The notes under the pieces: generated by a model
The model's database searches: none
The model's input: only the letters and a program-made list of their open reading frames with translations
Told to the model about the DNA's origin: nothing
Translations under genes and position numbers: made by a program
Shown here: piece after piece, positions 31,303 to 41,335 of the stretch
How the letters are laid out: each line of letters starts with the position of its first letter
Numbering within the stretch: position 1 is the stretch's first letter
Assembly: GCA_963731625.1 (NCBI GenBank)
Contig: CAVSWH010000001.1
Coordinates: 1,608,570-1,672,569, forward strand
Direction of reading: 5' to 3'
Length of the DNA stretch: 64,000 nucleotides
DNA from: an uncultured Actinomycetes bacterium
GTDB lineage: Bacteria > Actinomycetota > Acidimicrobiia > IMCC26256 > PALSA-555

Positions 31303-32721
31303 TCAGCCGACGGGCGGGTCGCGCCGCCCGGTCGGCGTGATCCCCTGCGCGCGGGCCCAGGCGTCCAGGCGGGCGTAAGCGTCGTCGACCTCGATCGGGC
31401 CCTCGTCGAGACGGGCCTCGAGCAGGTCGTCGAGCGCTTGACCGACGACCGGCCCGGGCGCCACACCGAGATAGGCCATGACCTGGCGCCCGTCGAGCGG
31501 CGGTCGGATCGCGTCGAGCTCCTCGCGGGCCCGCAGCGCCGCGATGCGCGCCTCGAGGTCGTCCATGCGACGGGCGAGCGCGGCGGCCTTGCGGCGGTTC
31601 CGCGTGGTGCAATCGGCTCGCTGGAGCTCGTTCAGCTCGTCGAGCAGCGGGCCGGCGTCGCGGACGTAGCGGCGCACCGCCCGGTCGGTCCACCCCATCG
31701 CGTAGGTGTGGATCCGCAGGTGGAGGTAGACGAGGGTGGTCACGTCCTGCACGAGCTCGTTGCTGTAGCGCAGGGCGCGCAGCCGCTCCTCGGTCATGCG
31801 GGCCCCGACGACCTCGTGATGGTGGAAGCTCACACCGTCCGGGCCGATGGAGCGCGTCTTGGGCTTGCCGACGTCGTGGAACAGCGCGGCGAGGCGCACC
31901 TTGAGGTGCGACGGGTCGGTGTTGGCGACGACGGCGAAGGTGTGCGCGAGCACGTCCTTGTGGGTGTGGATGGGGTCCTGCTCGAGTCGCATCGCGTTGA
32001 GCTCGGGCAGGAACTCGTCGGCGAGGCGCGTCTCGCAGAGCAGCCACAGCCCGGCGGTCGGGTCGCCGACCCCGAGGAGACGGTCCAGCTCGTCGCGCAC
32101 CCGCTCGGGCGACACGATCTCGAGCCGGTGGCGGAGGGTGCCGATCGCCTCGACGAGCTCGGGCCGGGGCTCGAACGCGTAGGCCGCGACGAAGCGCGCG
32201 GCGCGGAGCATCCGCAGTGGGTCGGCCTCGAACGACAGGGCGGGCGTCTCGGGGGTGCGCAGCACCCGGGCGGCGAGGTCGGCGGCGCCGCCGTACGGGT
32301 CGACGAGGACCGGCGCGGGGAGCCTGAGCGCCATTGCGTTGATGGTGAAGTCGCGCCGGACCAGGTCGTCCTCGATGCGCGAGCCGTAGGTGACGACCGG
32401 CTTGCGGCTCTCGGGCCGGTAGACGTCGGCCCGGTACGTCGTCACCTCGAGGCGCAGCCCGCCCTTGTGCATGCCGACGGTGCCGAAGCGTGCCCCTTGC
32501 AGCCAGAGATCGTCGGCCCACCCCGTGGTGAGGCGCTCGATCTCGTCGGGCGGGGCGTCGGTGGTGAGGTCGACGTCGGGTGACGTGGCGCCGAGGAACG
32601 CGTCGCGAACGGTGCCGCCGACGAGGTAGCACTCGTGCCCGGCGGCGGCGAGCCGCTCGGCGAGCTCCAGGGTCGGCGAGCCCGCCTCGTAGTAGGCGCG
32701 CAGTCGCGCCGGGACCTCCAT
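31303..32721 (-). CDS. cca: CCA tRNA nucleotidyltransferase (PcnA-like, HD domain)
   Basis: YLVGGTVRD, DVDLTTD, RRDFTINAMA, DPLRMLRAARF, LFHDVGKP; ATG 32721. Confidence 0.95.
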   Translation of the reverse strand: MEVPARLRAYYEAGSPTLELAERLAAAGHECYLVGGTVRDAFLGATSPDVDLTTDAPPDEIERLTTGWADDLWLQGARFGTVGMHKGGLRLEVTTYRADVYRPESRKPVVTYGSRIEDDLVRRDFTINAMALRLPAPVLVDPYGGAADLAARVLRTPETPALSFEADPLRMLRAARFVAAYAFEPRPELVEAIGTLRHRLEIVSPERVRDELDRLLGVGDPTAGLWLLCETRLADEFLPELNAMRLEQDPIHTHKDVLAHTFAVVANTDPSHLKVRLAALFHDVGKPKTRSIGPDGVSFHHHEVVGARMTEERLRALRYSNELVQDVTTLVYLHLRIHTYAMGWTDRAVRRYVRDAGPLLDELNELQRADCTTRNRRKAAALARRMDDLEARIAALRAREELDAIRPPLDGRQVMAYLGVAPGPVVGQALDDLLEARLDEGPIEVDDAYARLDAWARAQGITPTGRRDPPVG

Positions 32722-32776
32722 GCCCTGCCCATTCTCGCGGGCGGCGACGCCCCGAGGACGCGTGGTTCGGCGAGGC

Positions 32777-33877
32777 CTACGCCGGCGTGGCGACCGGCTC
32801 GGCGCGCTCGCGGTCGATCCGCTCCAGCTCGAGGCGCATCTCGGGTCCGGCCGACGCGTGCTCGAGCGCGGCGGGACGATCGATGAGCCCACGCTCGTAG
32901 AGGCGGGCGACGGCCTGGTCGAAGGTCTGCATCCCGTAGTAGTCGCCGTCGCGCATGAGCTGCTCGAGGCGCCCGGTCCCGCGACCGTCGGTGATCGCCT
33001 CGGCGACGGCCACGTTGGACACGAGCACCTCGGCGGCCACGACGCGGCCCCGCCCGCCGGCCCGGCCGAGGAGCCGCTGGCAGACGATCCCGCGGAGGCA
33101 GCGCGCCAGCACGGTGCGCATCGCGGACGCGCGGTCGTTCGGGAAGAGCTCGATGACGCGGTCGACGGTCTCGGCGGCGCCGGAGGTTGCCATCGCGGCG
33201 AGGACGAGACGCCCGGTGTCGGCGGCCTCGAGGACCCGGCGTGCGCCGTCCTCGTCGGTGAGCTCGCCGACCACGATGAGGTCGGGATCCTGGCGGACGA
33301 CGCGTGCGAGCGCGTCGGCGACACTCATCACGTCGACGCCCACTTCGCGCTGGTCGACGATGGACTGCTTGTCGGCGTGCAGCACCTCGATCGGGTCCTC
33401 GATGGTGACGATGTGGCGGCGCTCGGTGGAGTTCACGTGGTCGATGAGCGCGGCCATCGTCGACGTGCGGCCCGAGCCGGCGAGGCCGGTGACGAGCACG
33501 AGACCGGCGGACGCGTCCGCGAGCGTCGTGACGACGGGCGGGAGGCCGAGCGCCTCGACGCCGGGTACGCCCGGGACGACGCGGCGCAGCACGAGACCGA
33601 CCTGCCCCCGCTGGCGGTACGCGCTCACTCGGAAGCGACACAGGCCGGGCACGGCGTAGACGCAGCTCGCGTCGCCGGTGCGGCGGAGGGCGTCCGCCTG
33701 GCCGTCGGTCAGGAGACGGGTGGCGGCACGGTCGGTGTCGTCCGGCTCGAGGACCTCACCCGACGCCTCGACGAGGGCGCCGTCGACGCGCAGCCACGGC
33801 CGTGACCCGACCTTGAGGTGCACGTCGGACGCCCGCTGCTCGACCGCGAGACGGAGGAGGCGATCGACGTCGAGCAC
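32777..33877 (-). CDS. PilT/PilU-like ATPase with degenerate Walker A and His box
   Basis: ASDVHLKVG, FRVSAYRQRG, IVTIEDPIE, QREVG, GMQTFDQ; but GLAGSGRT and TGRLVLAAMAT. Confidence 0.85.
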   Translation of the reverse strand: MLDVDRLLRLAVEQRASDVHLKVGSRPWLRVDGALVEASGEVLEPDDTDRAATRLLTDGQADALRRTGDASCVYAVPGLCRFRVSAYRQRGQVGLVLRRVVPGVPGVEALGLPPVVTTLADASAGLVLVTGLAGSGRTSTMAALIDHVNSTERRHIVTIEDPIEVLHADKQSIVDQREVGVDVMSVADALARVVRQDPDLIVVGELTDEDGARRVLEAADTGRLVLAAMATSGAAETVDRVIELFPNDRASAMRTVLARCLRGIVCQRLLGRAGGRGRVVAAEVLVSNVAVAEAITDGRGTGRLEQLMRDGDYYGMQTFDQAVARLYERGLIDRPAALEHASAGPEMRLELERIDRERAEPVATPA

Positions 33878-33914
33878 GCCTCAGGTATCGGCGTCGGGTC
33901 GGGTCGGCTGAACC

Positions 33915-34818
33915 TCAGGCCCGGGCGGCCCACTGGCGGCCGGCGGCCTCGACCACGTCGGCGCCGGGCCCACCGCCGGTGGGCGCTTCGGCGGGGGTCA
34001 CCCTCGTGTCGAGGAGGACCGGCAGCGTCGCCGACACGGAGTCCCGGACGGCCGCGAGGTCGTAGCCGCCCTCGAGGAACACGACCGTGCGGCCCGGCCG
34101 AGGAGCGAGCGCGACGGCGCGCGCCGCGAGCGCGGCGTAGTCCCCCGACGAGAGGGCGAGGCCGGTGAGCGGGTCGGCGCGGTGGGCGTCGAAGCCGCAC
34201 GACACGAGCAGCCAGTCGGGAGCGAACCGGGCGACGACCGGCTCGACGACGTCGTCGAAGGCCCGCAGGTACACGTCGCCGGTCGCCCCGGCGGGCAGCG
34301 GCACGTTGCAGGTCGCGCCCTCCCCCGCGCCCGCGCCCGTGTCGGTGAGCCGGCCCGTCCCCGGATAGCGCGGCCATTCCTGGAGCGACACGTAGAGGAC
34401 CCGAGGCTCCTCCCAGAAGATGTCCTGGGTGCCGTTGCCGTGGTGGGCGTTGTATGGCCCGGCGGCCGCACGCCGAGGAACGCGGCGCGGCCGTGCCCCG
34501 CGTCGAGCGCGTCCACCGCGGCCAGCCCGGCCCCGGCGGCGCGGTGGCCGCTTCGAGCGAGCCCGGGCCCACCCGGGTGTCCGGGTCGAGCGCGCCCCGT
34601 GCCGCCGAGGTCGCGGCCACCGCGTCGAGCAGCGCGGCGGCGTGCACGCGGGTGAGCTCCTCACGGGTGGCGTCGCGTGCCGGCAGCGGGGCAAGCGCGT
34701 CCGTGACGTCGCTCGCGACGACGCCGGCCGCGACCGCATCGAGGCGCGCGATCCGCTCGGGGTGACCCGGTCCGGGATCGTGCCGCGCGAACGTCGGATC
34801 GTCCGCGATCAGGAGCAC
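33915..34818 (-). pseudogene. Histone-deacetylase-family (AcuC/APAH-like) gene with -1 indel near 34543 and internal deletion near 34442-34450
   Basis: GHPERIARL in frame 1; VRPPGH in frame 2; HHGNGTQDIF, SLQEWPRYPGTG, VSCGFDAH, FLEGGY in frame 3. The ...AMGFC...NN...VDWD segment is missing. Confidence 0.8.
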
Positions 34819-34904
34819 GCCGCGCAGGGTAACCGGGCGGTCCCGCAACGTTGCCGGGCGCGGCGAACGGGCCGGCGAGGGACCGGCAGGTACGCTGCGG
34901 GCCC

Positions 34905-35624
34905 GTGGCTTCGCGCACCGGTGAGCGCACGCTGCGTTTCGCCGGGGGATGGGCCCGGGTCGGACCGTGGCACGACCAGCCCGACGTCGCGCACGTCGTC
35001 GTCGCCACCGATCAGCGCCTGAGCGCCTCTGCGGTGCGTGATTGCGTGGCGCGAGTTCGCGCCGCCGGCTACCGGGCCGCCGTCACCAGTCCGCTGACGG
35101 CGGCGGCCGCGCTGCCGTTCCTGTCCGAGGGCTTCGAGTCGAGAGAGCAGCTCCACGTCCTGGAGCATCCGGTGTCTGACCTCGAGCGCCCCCGCAGCAC
35201 CGGATTCGAGCTGGGCCGCGGCGGGCGGCGCGACCGGGACGCCGTGGTGGCCCTCGACCGTCGGGCGTTCCCACCCGACTGGCAGCTCGGCGAGTCCGGG
35301 CTGCGCGAGGCGCTGCGGGCCACGCCGTCGGTGCGGTTCCGAGTCGCGCGCCACCCCGGCGACCCGGGGCTCTCCGCGTTCGCCGTGACCGGCCGCGCCG
35401 GCCGCCAGGGCTACCTCCAGCGCCTCGCGGTCGATCCCGACACGCGACGAAGGGGCCTCGGGCGCGCGCTCGTCGTCGACGCGCTGCGGTGGGTGCGCCG
35501 CACCGGCGGCCGCAGCTGCCTCGTCAACACCCAAGCCGACAACCAGGACGCGCTCGCGCTGTACGAGGCGTGCGGGTTCCGACGACTCCCGTCGGGGCTC
35601 GGCGTGCTCGGCTGCGCCTGGTGA
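34905..35624 (+). CDS. GNAT family N-acetyltransferase
   Basis: YLQRLAVDPDTRRRGLGRALV, NTQADNQDALALYEACGF; TACGCT -10 eight nt before GTG 34905. Confidence 0.88.
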   Translation: MASRTGERTLRFAGGWARVGPWHDQPDVAHVVVATDQRLSASAVRDCVARVRAAGYRAAVTSPLTAAAALPFLSEGFESREQLHVLEHPVSDLERPRSTGFELGRGGRRDRDAVVALDRRAFPPDWQLGESGLREALRATPSVRFRVARHPGDPGLSAFAVTGRAGRQGYLQRLAVDPDTRRRGLGRALVVDALRWVRRTGGRSCLVNTQADNQDALALYEACGFRRLPSGLGVLGCAW

Positions 35625-37660
35625 CGCGTCGAGCCGCGCGCGCCGCGGCGTTCGCGGCTCTCGTCGTCGCGCTCAGCCCGAGCTGGGCGCCGCTCGCGTC
35701 GGCGGCGCCGGCGCCGGCCCCGCCGACGGTGCCCTCCGACGTGCCGAGCCGGTTGGCGCTCGTCTCCCAGGACCCCTGGACCGTGCTCGGCGGGACGCTG
35801 CACGCGTGCGTGCAGATCGCGGTGCTGGCACCAGGCGAGCAGCTCCTCGTCGCCGTGCACCAGAACATCCCAACCCGCTCGGGCTTCGACACGCAGCAGG
35901 TCGGGCCGGTGCTCACCCAGGTCGTGCTCCCGGTCGACGCGCTGCCCGCGTCGAGCGCGGGATGCCGTGCCGTGACGATCCCGCTCGCGACGGCGGCCGG
36001 CGCGTTCGGGACCGGCCAGCTCGCCGTGCCGGGCGTGGGCGTGTACCCGCTCGAGTTCGAGCTGCGCGACAGCCAGGAGCAGGGGCTCGCCCGCTTCGTC
36101 AGCGACCTCGTCGCGGTCGCCGCCGGCCCCGGCGGGCAGCCCGTCGCGCTGACGAACAAGCTGGGCGTGGCGTGGGTGTGGCCGCTCGCCACGCCGCCGG
36201 GGCTGAGCCCCGACGGCTCGATCAAGGCGACCACGGTCGCGGCGCTGGACCCCGCGGGGACCCTGGGGCGCCAGGTCGCGGCGCTCGCCGCGCATCCGGA
36301 CGTGCCCGTCACGTTGGCGCCCTCGCCCGAGACGCTGGACAGCTGGAGCGCGGTGGCGCGCACCGACCCGGGCGCGGCGCAGGGTGCGGCGACGCTGCGC
36401 GCCGCAGAGCAGGGCGGGCAGGACGACGTGATCGGCGGCCCGTACGTGCCGATCGACCTGCCGTCGCTGCTGCACGCGGGCCTCGGCACGACGGCGGACG
36501 CCGAGGCCGCGCAGGGCCAGACGTCGATCGACCGCTTCTTCGGCGGCCACATCGACGAGCGGACGACGCTCGCCGTGCCGGCCGACACCGAATCGGTCGA
36601 TCGCCTGCGGTCGCACGGCGTCGACCAGGTCGTGGTCGCGTCCACGGCGGCCGGAGCGGGGCACAGTCATCTCACGTCCACGTCCCCCTTCTCCCTGGAG
36701 CCCTCGGCGAACCTGACCGCCACCGGCCCGCTCGCCGCCGTCGCCGACGACGTCCCGCTCGCGTCGACGCTGACCACGCCGGGCGTGCCCGCGCTGCGGG
36801 CCCAGCGCCTCCTCGCCGGGCTCGCGCTCACCGCGCTGGAGGCGCCTGGCGTCGCGCGCGCGGACGTGGTCGTGAACCCCGACGGGTTCGACGGCGCGGC
36901 GGCGCTCGTCGACGCGGTCCTGACCGGGCTCGGGAACAACCCGTGGCTCGCGCCGACGACCCTCACGAACGTCTTCTCGACCGTGCCGCCCGCCGCGGGG
37001 GGCGACGTGCGAACGCTCGCCGTCTACACCCCTCCCCCGCCGCCGGTGACCGCCAGCGCGTACAACGCCACGCAGAGCCGGCTGCTCTCCTTCGGGTCGC
37101 TCGTCGGGCCGAACGACCCGCGGCTCCTCCGGGGTGAGCGGTTCTTGCTGTCGTCGGTGTCGTCGAGCTGGGCCGACGCCGGCGGGTCCGCCGCGGCGCG
37201 CGCCCAGCTCGCCGCGGTGGACGCCACCGTCGCCGACTTCCTCGCCGGGATCCAGATCCCGGCCCCCGGGACAATCACGCTGACGGCACGCTCGGGCGCG
37301 GTCCCGATCACGTTCCGCAACGACACCGGGGAGCCGATCCGGGTGCGCGTCGCGCTGTCGAGCCACAGGCTCGACTTCCCGTCGGGGTCGACGCAGACCG
37401 TGGTGCTGCCGACGCGCAGCACGACGATCCGCTTCGAGGTCCGCTCGCGCACGTCCGGCACGTTCCCGCTGCTGATGAGCGTCCACTCCGCCGACGGGTC
37501 CCTGCTCATCGCCGAGGGGCGATTCAAGGTGCGCTCGACGGTCGTCAGCAGCGTCGGGCTGGCGCTCGCGATCGGTGCCGGCGTGTTCCTCGTCGGCTGG
37601 TGGGCGCTGCACATCCTGCGCCGTCGGCGTCGCCGGCGGCCGGCCGCGGCGGTGGTGTGA
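35621..37660 (+). CDS. DUF6049 family secreted/membrane-anchored protein
   Basis: Signal peptide, GVYPLEFEL, VAWVWPL, PVTLAPSPETL, C-terminal TM plus Arg tail; canonical position before murJ. Confidence 0.82.
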   Translation: MTRRAARAAAFAALVVALSPSWAPLASAAPAPAPPTVPSDVPSRLALVSQDPWTVLGGTLHACVQIAVLAPGEQLLVAVHQNIPTRSGFDTQQVGPVLTQVVLPVDALPASSAGCRAVTIPLATAAGAFGTGQLAVPGVGVYPLEFELRDSQEQGLARFVSDLVAVAAGPGGQPVALTNKLGVAWVWPLATPPGLSPDGSIKATTVAALDPAGTLGRQVAALAAHPDVPVTLAPSPETLDSWSAVARTDPGAAQGAATLRAAEQGGQDDVIGGPYVPIDLPSLLHAGLGTTADAEAAQGQTSIDRFFGGHIDERTTLAVPADTESVDRLRSHGVDQVVVASTAAGAGHSHLTSTSPFSLEPSANLTATGPLAAVADDVPLASTLTTPGVPALRAQRLLAGLALTALEAPGVARADVVVNPDGFDGAAALVDAVLTGLGNNPWLAPTTLTNVFSTVPPAAGGDVRTLAVYTPPPPPVTASAYNATQSRLLSFGSLVGPNDPRLLRGERFLLSSVSSSWADAGGSAAARAQLAAVDATVADFLAGIQIPAPGTITLTARSGAVPITFRNDTGEPIRVRVALSSHRLDFPSGSTQTVVLPTRSTTIRFEVRSRTSGTFPLLMSVHSADGSLLIAEGRFKVRSTVVSSVGLALAIGAGVFLVGWWALHILRRRRRRRPAAAVV

Positions 37661-39294
37661 GCCCTCGCGGCCGAGGCGGGCGGCGGGCGCACGACACCGG
37701 GCGGCTGGTCCGGTCCAGCGTCGTGGTCGGCGTCGGCACGGCCGCGTCGCGGATCACGGGGCTCATGTGGCGCGCCGCGGCCGCGTACGCGATCGGCATC
37801 ACTGCGTTGTCGGGGACGTACGCGTTCGCGAACGAGACGCCGAACATGCTCTACGAGCTGCTCATCGGCGGCGTGCTCACCGCGACGCTGGTGCCGCAGT
37901 TCGTGCGGCTCCTCGACCACGACGACGAGGAGGGGACGAACGCGGTCGTGACCGTGTCGGTGCTCGTCCTGCTCGCGGTCTCGGCGCTCGGCGTGCTGCT
38001 CGCCCCGTGGATCGCGACCCTGCTCACCCTGCGGGTCGCGGGGGCGCAGCACGCGGCGGAGCAGCAGCTGGCCACCGACCTGGTGCGGCTCTTCATGCCC
38101 CAGATCGCCCTGTACGGGTTCACCGCGCTCGCCACTGCGCTGCTGCAGGCCCGTCGACGGTTCGCGGCCGCCGCGTTCGCGCCGATCCTCAACAACGTCG
38201 TGCTCATCGCGCTGTTCCTCGCGCTGCCGCAGCTCGCCCGACGGCCCATCACCGTGCAGCACGTCCTCGACAACCCGTGGCTGATCCTCTACCTCGGGCT
38301 CGGGACGACGGCCGCGGTCGCGGCGATGGCCTTCGGGCTGGTGCCGGCGCTGCGCGGCGCCCGCGTGCGCCTCCGCTTCGTCCCGGCGTTCCGGAACAAG
38401 GCCGTCGCCACCGTGATGCGCCTGTCCGGCTGGACCGTGGGCTACGTCGTGGCCAACCAGGTCGCTCTGTGGGTCGTCCTCGTGCTCGCCAACGTCCAAC
38501 CCGGCGGCCCGGCCGCGTACCTCCTGGCGTACACGCTGTTCCAGCTCCCGCACGGGCTGCTCGCGGTGTCGATCATGACCACCGCGTCGCCCGAGCTCGC
38601 GGCCGTCGCCGACGACCTCCCCGCGCTGCGCCACCGGTTCTCGCGCGCGCTCCGACTCGTGCTCACGATCGTGATCCCGGCGTCGGCGTTGTCGGTGGCG
38701 CTTGCCCGCCCGGCGGTCGTCGCGCTCCTGCAGCGCGGCGCGTTCTCGGGCGCGGACTCGGCGCTCGTGGCGCACACCGTCGTGGCGTTCGCGATCGGGC
38801 TGCCCTTCTTCTCCGCGTACCTGTTCGCGATGCGCGCCTTCTACTCGGTCCACGACACGCGCACGCCGTTCCTGCTGAACTGCCTCGAGAACGCGGTGAA
38901 CATCGCGCTGGCCCTTGCGCTCATCGGGCCGCTCGGGATCCCGGGACTCGCGTACTCGTTCTCCGCGGCGTACGCCGTCGCCGCGGTCGTGACCCTTGGC
39001 GTCCTGGGCCGCCGGATCGGCGGCATGCAGGGGCGGGGCATCGAGACGACGGTCGTGAAGGTCGGGCTCGTCAGCGCAGTCGCCGGCACGGGGGCGTGGG
39101 TCGTGGCCGACGCGATCGGCTGGGCCGGTGACCTCCGGGCCGTCGCGGCGACGCTGGCCGGGCTCGCCATCGGGGGTGCGGTGCTCGCCGCCGGCCTCAC
39201 CCTCCTGCGGGTCGACGAGTGGACGGCCCTCGTCGCCGGCTTTCGTCCTGCGGCGCGGCGAGGAGCCGACCGGGGCGCCGGCGTGCGACGATGA
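37657..39294 (+). CDS. murJ: Lipid II flippase MurJ/MviN (no pseudokinase extension)
   Basis: ASRITGL, ANETPNMLYELLIGGVL, FQLPHGL, MRAFYS..DTRTPF. Confidence 0.93.
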   Translation: MSPRGRGGRRAHDTGRLVRSSVVVGVGTAASRITGLMWRAAAAYAIGITALSGTYAFANETPNMLYELLIGGVLTATLVPQFVRLLDHDDEEGTNAVVTVSVLVLLAVSALGVLLAPWIATLLTLRVAGAQHAAEQQLATDLVRLFMPQIALYGFTALATALLQARRRFAAAAFAPILNNVVLIALFLALPQLARRPITVQHVLDNPWLILYLGLGTTAAVAAMAFGLVPALRGARVRLRFVPAFRNKAVATVMRLSGWTVGYVVANQVALWVVLVLANVQPGGPAAYLLAYTLFQLPHGLLAVSIMTTASPELAAVADDLPALRHRFSRALRLVLTIVIPASALSVALARPAVVALLQRGAFSGADSALVAHTVVAFAIGLPFFSAYLFAMRAFYSVHDTRTPFLLNCLENAVNIALALALIGPLGIPGLAYSFSAAYAVAAVVTLGVLGRRIGGMQGRGIETTVVKVGLVSAVAGTGAWVVADAIGWAGDLRAVAATLAGLAIGGAVLAAGLTLLRVDEWTALVAGFRPAARRGADRGAGVRR

Positions 39295-39322
39295 GGGTCG
39301 CGGCGGAAACGAGGAGGCGGCC

Positions 39323-40159
39323 GTGCCAGTCCGAGTCGTGACCGACAGCGCCTGCGACCTGCCCGAGCCGGTCGTCGCCGAGCTCGGCATCCAGATCGTG
39401 CCCCTCACCATCCGCTTCGGCGCCGAGGAGCTGGTCGACCGCGAGGAGCTCTCGAACCAGGCGTTCTGGCAGCGCCTGGTCGACGCGCCCGCCCTCCCCG
39501 AGACGGCCGCGCCGTCGGCCGGAGCCTTCGAGGCGTGCTTCCAAGCCCTCGCCGACGACGGCGCCGACGGGATCGTCTGTGTGAACCTCTCCTCGCGGCT
39601 CTCCGCGACGATGCAGGCCGCGCAGGTCGCCGCCTCGGCGGTCGCCGACCGCTGCCCGGTGCAGGTCGTCGACTCGCTCACCTGCTCGATGGGGCTCGGC
39701 AATCTCTGCCTCGCCGCCGCCCGGCGGGCCAACGACGGCGGGTCACTCGAGGACGTGGTCGCCGAGGTGACCGACCGGCGGGGCCGCACCCGCCTCTACG
39801 GGACGCTCGACACGCTCGAGTACCTGAAGAAGGGCGGCCGGGTCGGCAACGCCCGGGCCCTGCTCGGCTCGATGCTCGCGGTGAAGCCCGTCGTCGAGGT
39901 GCGCGACGGCGTCGTCGAGGAGGCCGGCAAGGTCCGCACCCGCTCGAAGGCCCTGCACCTGCTCGCCGACAAGGTCCACGACCAGTCGGTCGAAGCCGTC
40001 GCGGTCCTGCAGGGCGCCACGTCGGACCTCGACACCTTCCTCGACCTCATCGACGACGTCGCGCCCCGCGACAAGATCATCGTCGGCGACGTCGGGCCGG
40101 TCATCGGGACCCACGCCGGCCCCGGCGTGCTCGGCGTCACGTTCCAGACCACCGACTGA
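39323..40159 (+). CDS. DegV family fatty-acid-binding protein
   Basis: VRVVTDSACDL, TAAPSAG, LSSRLSAT, YLKKGGRVG, PVIGTHAGPG; RBS GAGGAGG. Confidence 0.95.
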   Translation: MPVRVVTDSACDLPEPVVAELGIQIVPLTIRFGAEELVDREELSNQAFWQRLVDAPALPETAAPSAGAFEACFQALADDGADGIVCVNLSSRLSATMQAAQVAASAVADRCPVQVVDSLTCSMGLGNLCLAAARRANDGGSLEDVVAEVTDRRGRTRLYGTLDTLEYLKKGGRVGNARALLGSMLAVKPVVEVRDGVVEEAGKVRTRSKALHLLADKVHDQSVEAVAVLQGATSDLDTFLDLIDDVAPRDKIIVGDVGPVIGTHAGPGVLGVTFQTTD

Positions 40160-40208
40160 CCGGCGGTGCGGGCGCCGAGCGGCCGGGGGCTGGGTAGCGT
40201 CGCGGTCC

Positions 40209-41267
40209 GTGCCTGACCCGCCCGCGCCCGGCCGCGTCCTCGACGGCCGGTACCGGCTGGTGAGCCCGGTCGCCCGCGGCGGGATGGCGACCGTCTGGGA
40301 CGCCGAGGACACGCTGCTCGCGCGCCGGGTCGCGGTGAAGATCCTCCATCCCGAGCTGGCCTTCGACGAGGCCCTCCGGGCCCGCTTCCGCAACGAGGCC
40401 GTCGCCGCCGCCCGCCTCGCCGACCCGGACATCGTCGCCACCTACGACACGGGCGACGACGGCGGCGTCGGCTACATCGTCATGGAGTTCGTCGACGGGC
40501 CGACGCTGCGGCGGGTCCTCGACGTCCAGGGTCGCCTGGCGATCATCGACACGGTGCGGATCGGCCGTGAGGTCGCCTCGGCGCTCGCCGCGGCCCACCG
40601 TGAGGGGATCGTGCACCGGGACGTGAAGCCGGCGAACGTCCTCGTCCCCGCCGAGGGACCGGTGAAGGTCACCGACTTCGGGATCGCCAAGGCCGGGACG
40701 GGCGCCGAGCTCACCCGCACGGGCACGGTCGTCGGCACCGCCCGCTACCTCGCGCCCGAGCAGCTGCGCGGCGAGCCGGTCGACCCGCGCACCGACCTCT
40801 ACGCGCTCGGGCTCGTCCTCTACGAGATGCTCGCCGGGGAGCTGCCGTTCCACGGCGACACCGAGATGGCCGTGGCCCTCGCCCGCCTCAGCACCCCGCC
40901 GGCGCCGATCCGCCAGCTGCGCCCCGACGTCCCGTCGGGACTGGCCCGCCTCGTCATGGCCTGTCTCGCCCTCGACCCGGCCGACCGCCCGCCGACCGCC
41001 CGCGCCGTCGCCGAGTTCCTCTCCGACCGTCCCCGCGACCCCGGCCCCGAGCGCCCCCGCGAGGGGACGCGCACCGTCGTGATGCCCCAGCCGGAGGCGG
41101 CCCCCGCCCGCCCGCGCCCGGCACCCCCGCGGCGGCGGCGCGGGCCGATCGCCGCGCTGGCCATCCTCCTCTTTGTCGCGGGCGCGGCCGCCGGCTACCT
41201 CCTCGTGCGGGCCGCCGACGCCGGCGCCGCCACCCGCCCACCACCGGTCACGGCGGCCCCGCGCTGA
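40209..41267 (+). CDS. Hanks-type Ser/Thr protein kinase with single C-terminal TM
   Basis: GGMATVW, VAVKIL, HRDVKPANVL, DFGIAK, GTARYLAPE all intact; TAGCGT -10 eight nt before GTG. Confidence 0.95.
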   Translation: MPDPPAPGRVLDGRYRLVSPVARGGMATVWDAEDTLLARRVAVKILHPELAFDEALRARFRNEAVAAARLADPDIVATYDTGDDGGVGYIVMEFVDGPTLRRVLDVQGRLAIIDTVRIGREVASALAAAHREGIVHRDVKPANVLVPAEGPVKVTDFGIAKAGTGAELTRTGTVVGTARYLAPEQLRGEPVDPRTDLYALGLVLYEMLAGELPFHGDTEMAVALARLSTPPAPIRQLRPDVPSGLARLVMACLALDPADRPPTARAVAEFLSDRPRDPGPERPREGTRTVVMPQPEAAPARPRPAPPRRRRGPIAALAILLFVAGAAAGYLLVRAADAGAATRPPPVTAAPR

Positions 41268-41335
41268 GCCCGGCCCCCCGGCCGGCCGGGGCCCCTTGGG
41301 TACGCTCCGACACCCTCCCGGACCACTGAGAGCCG

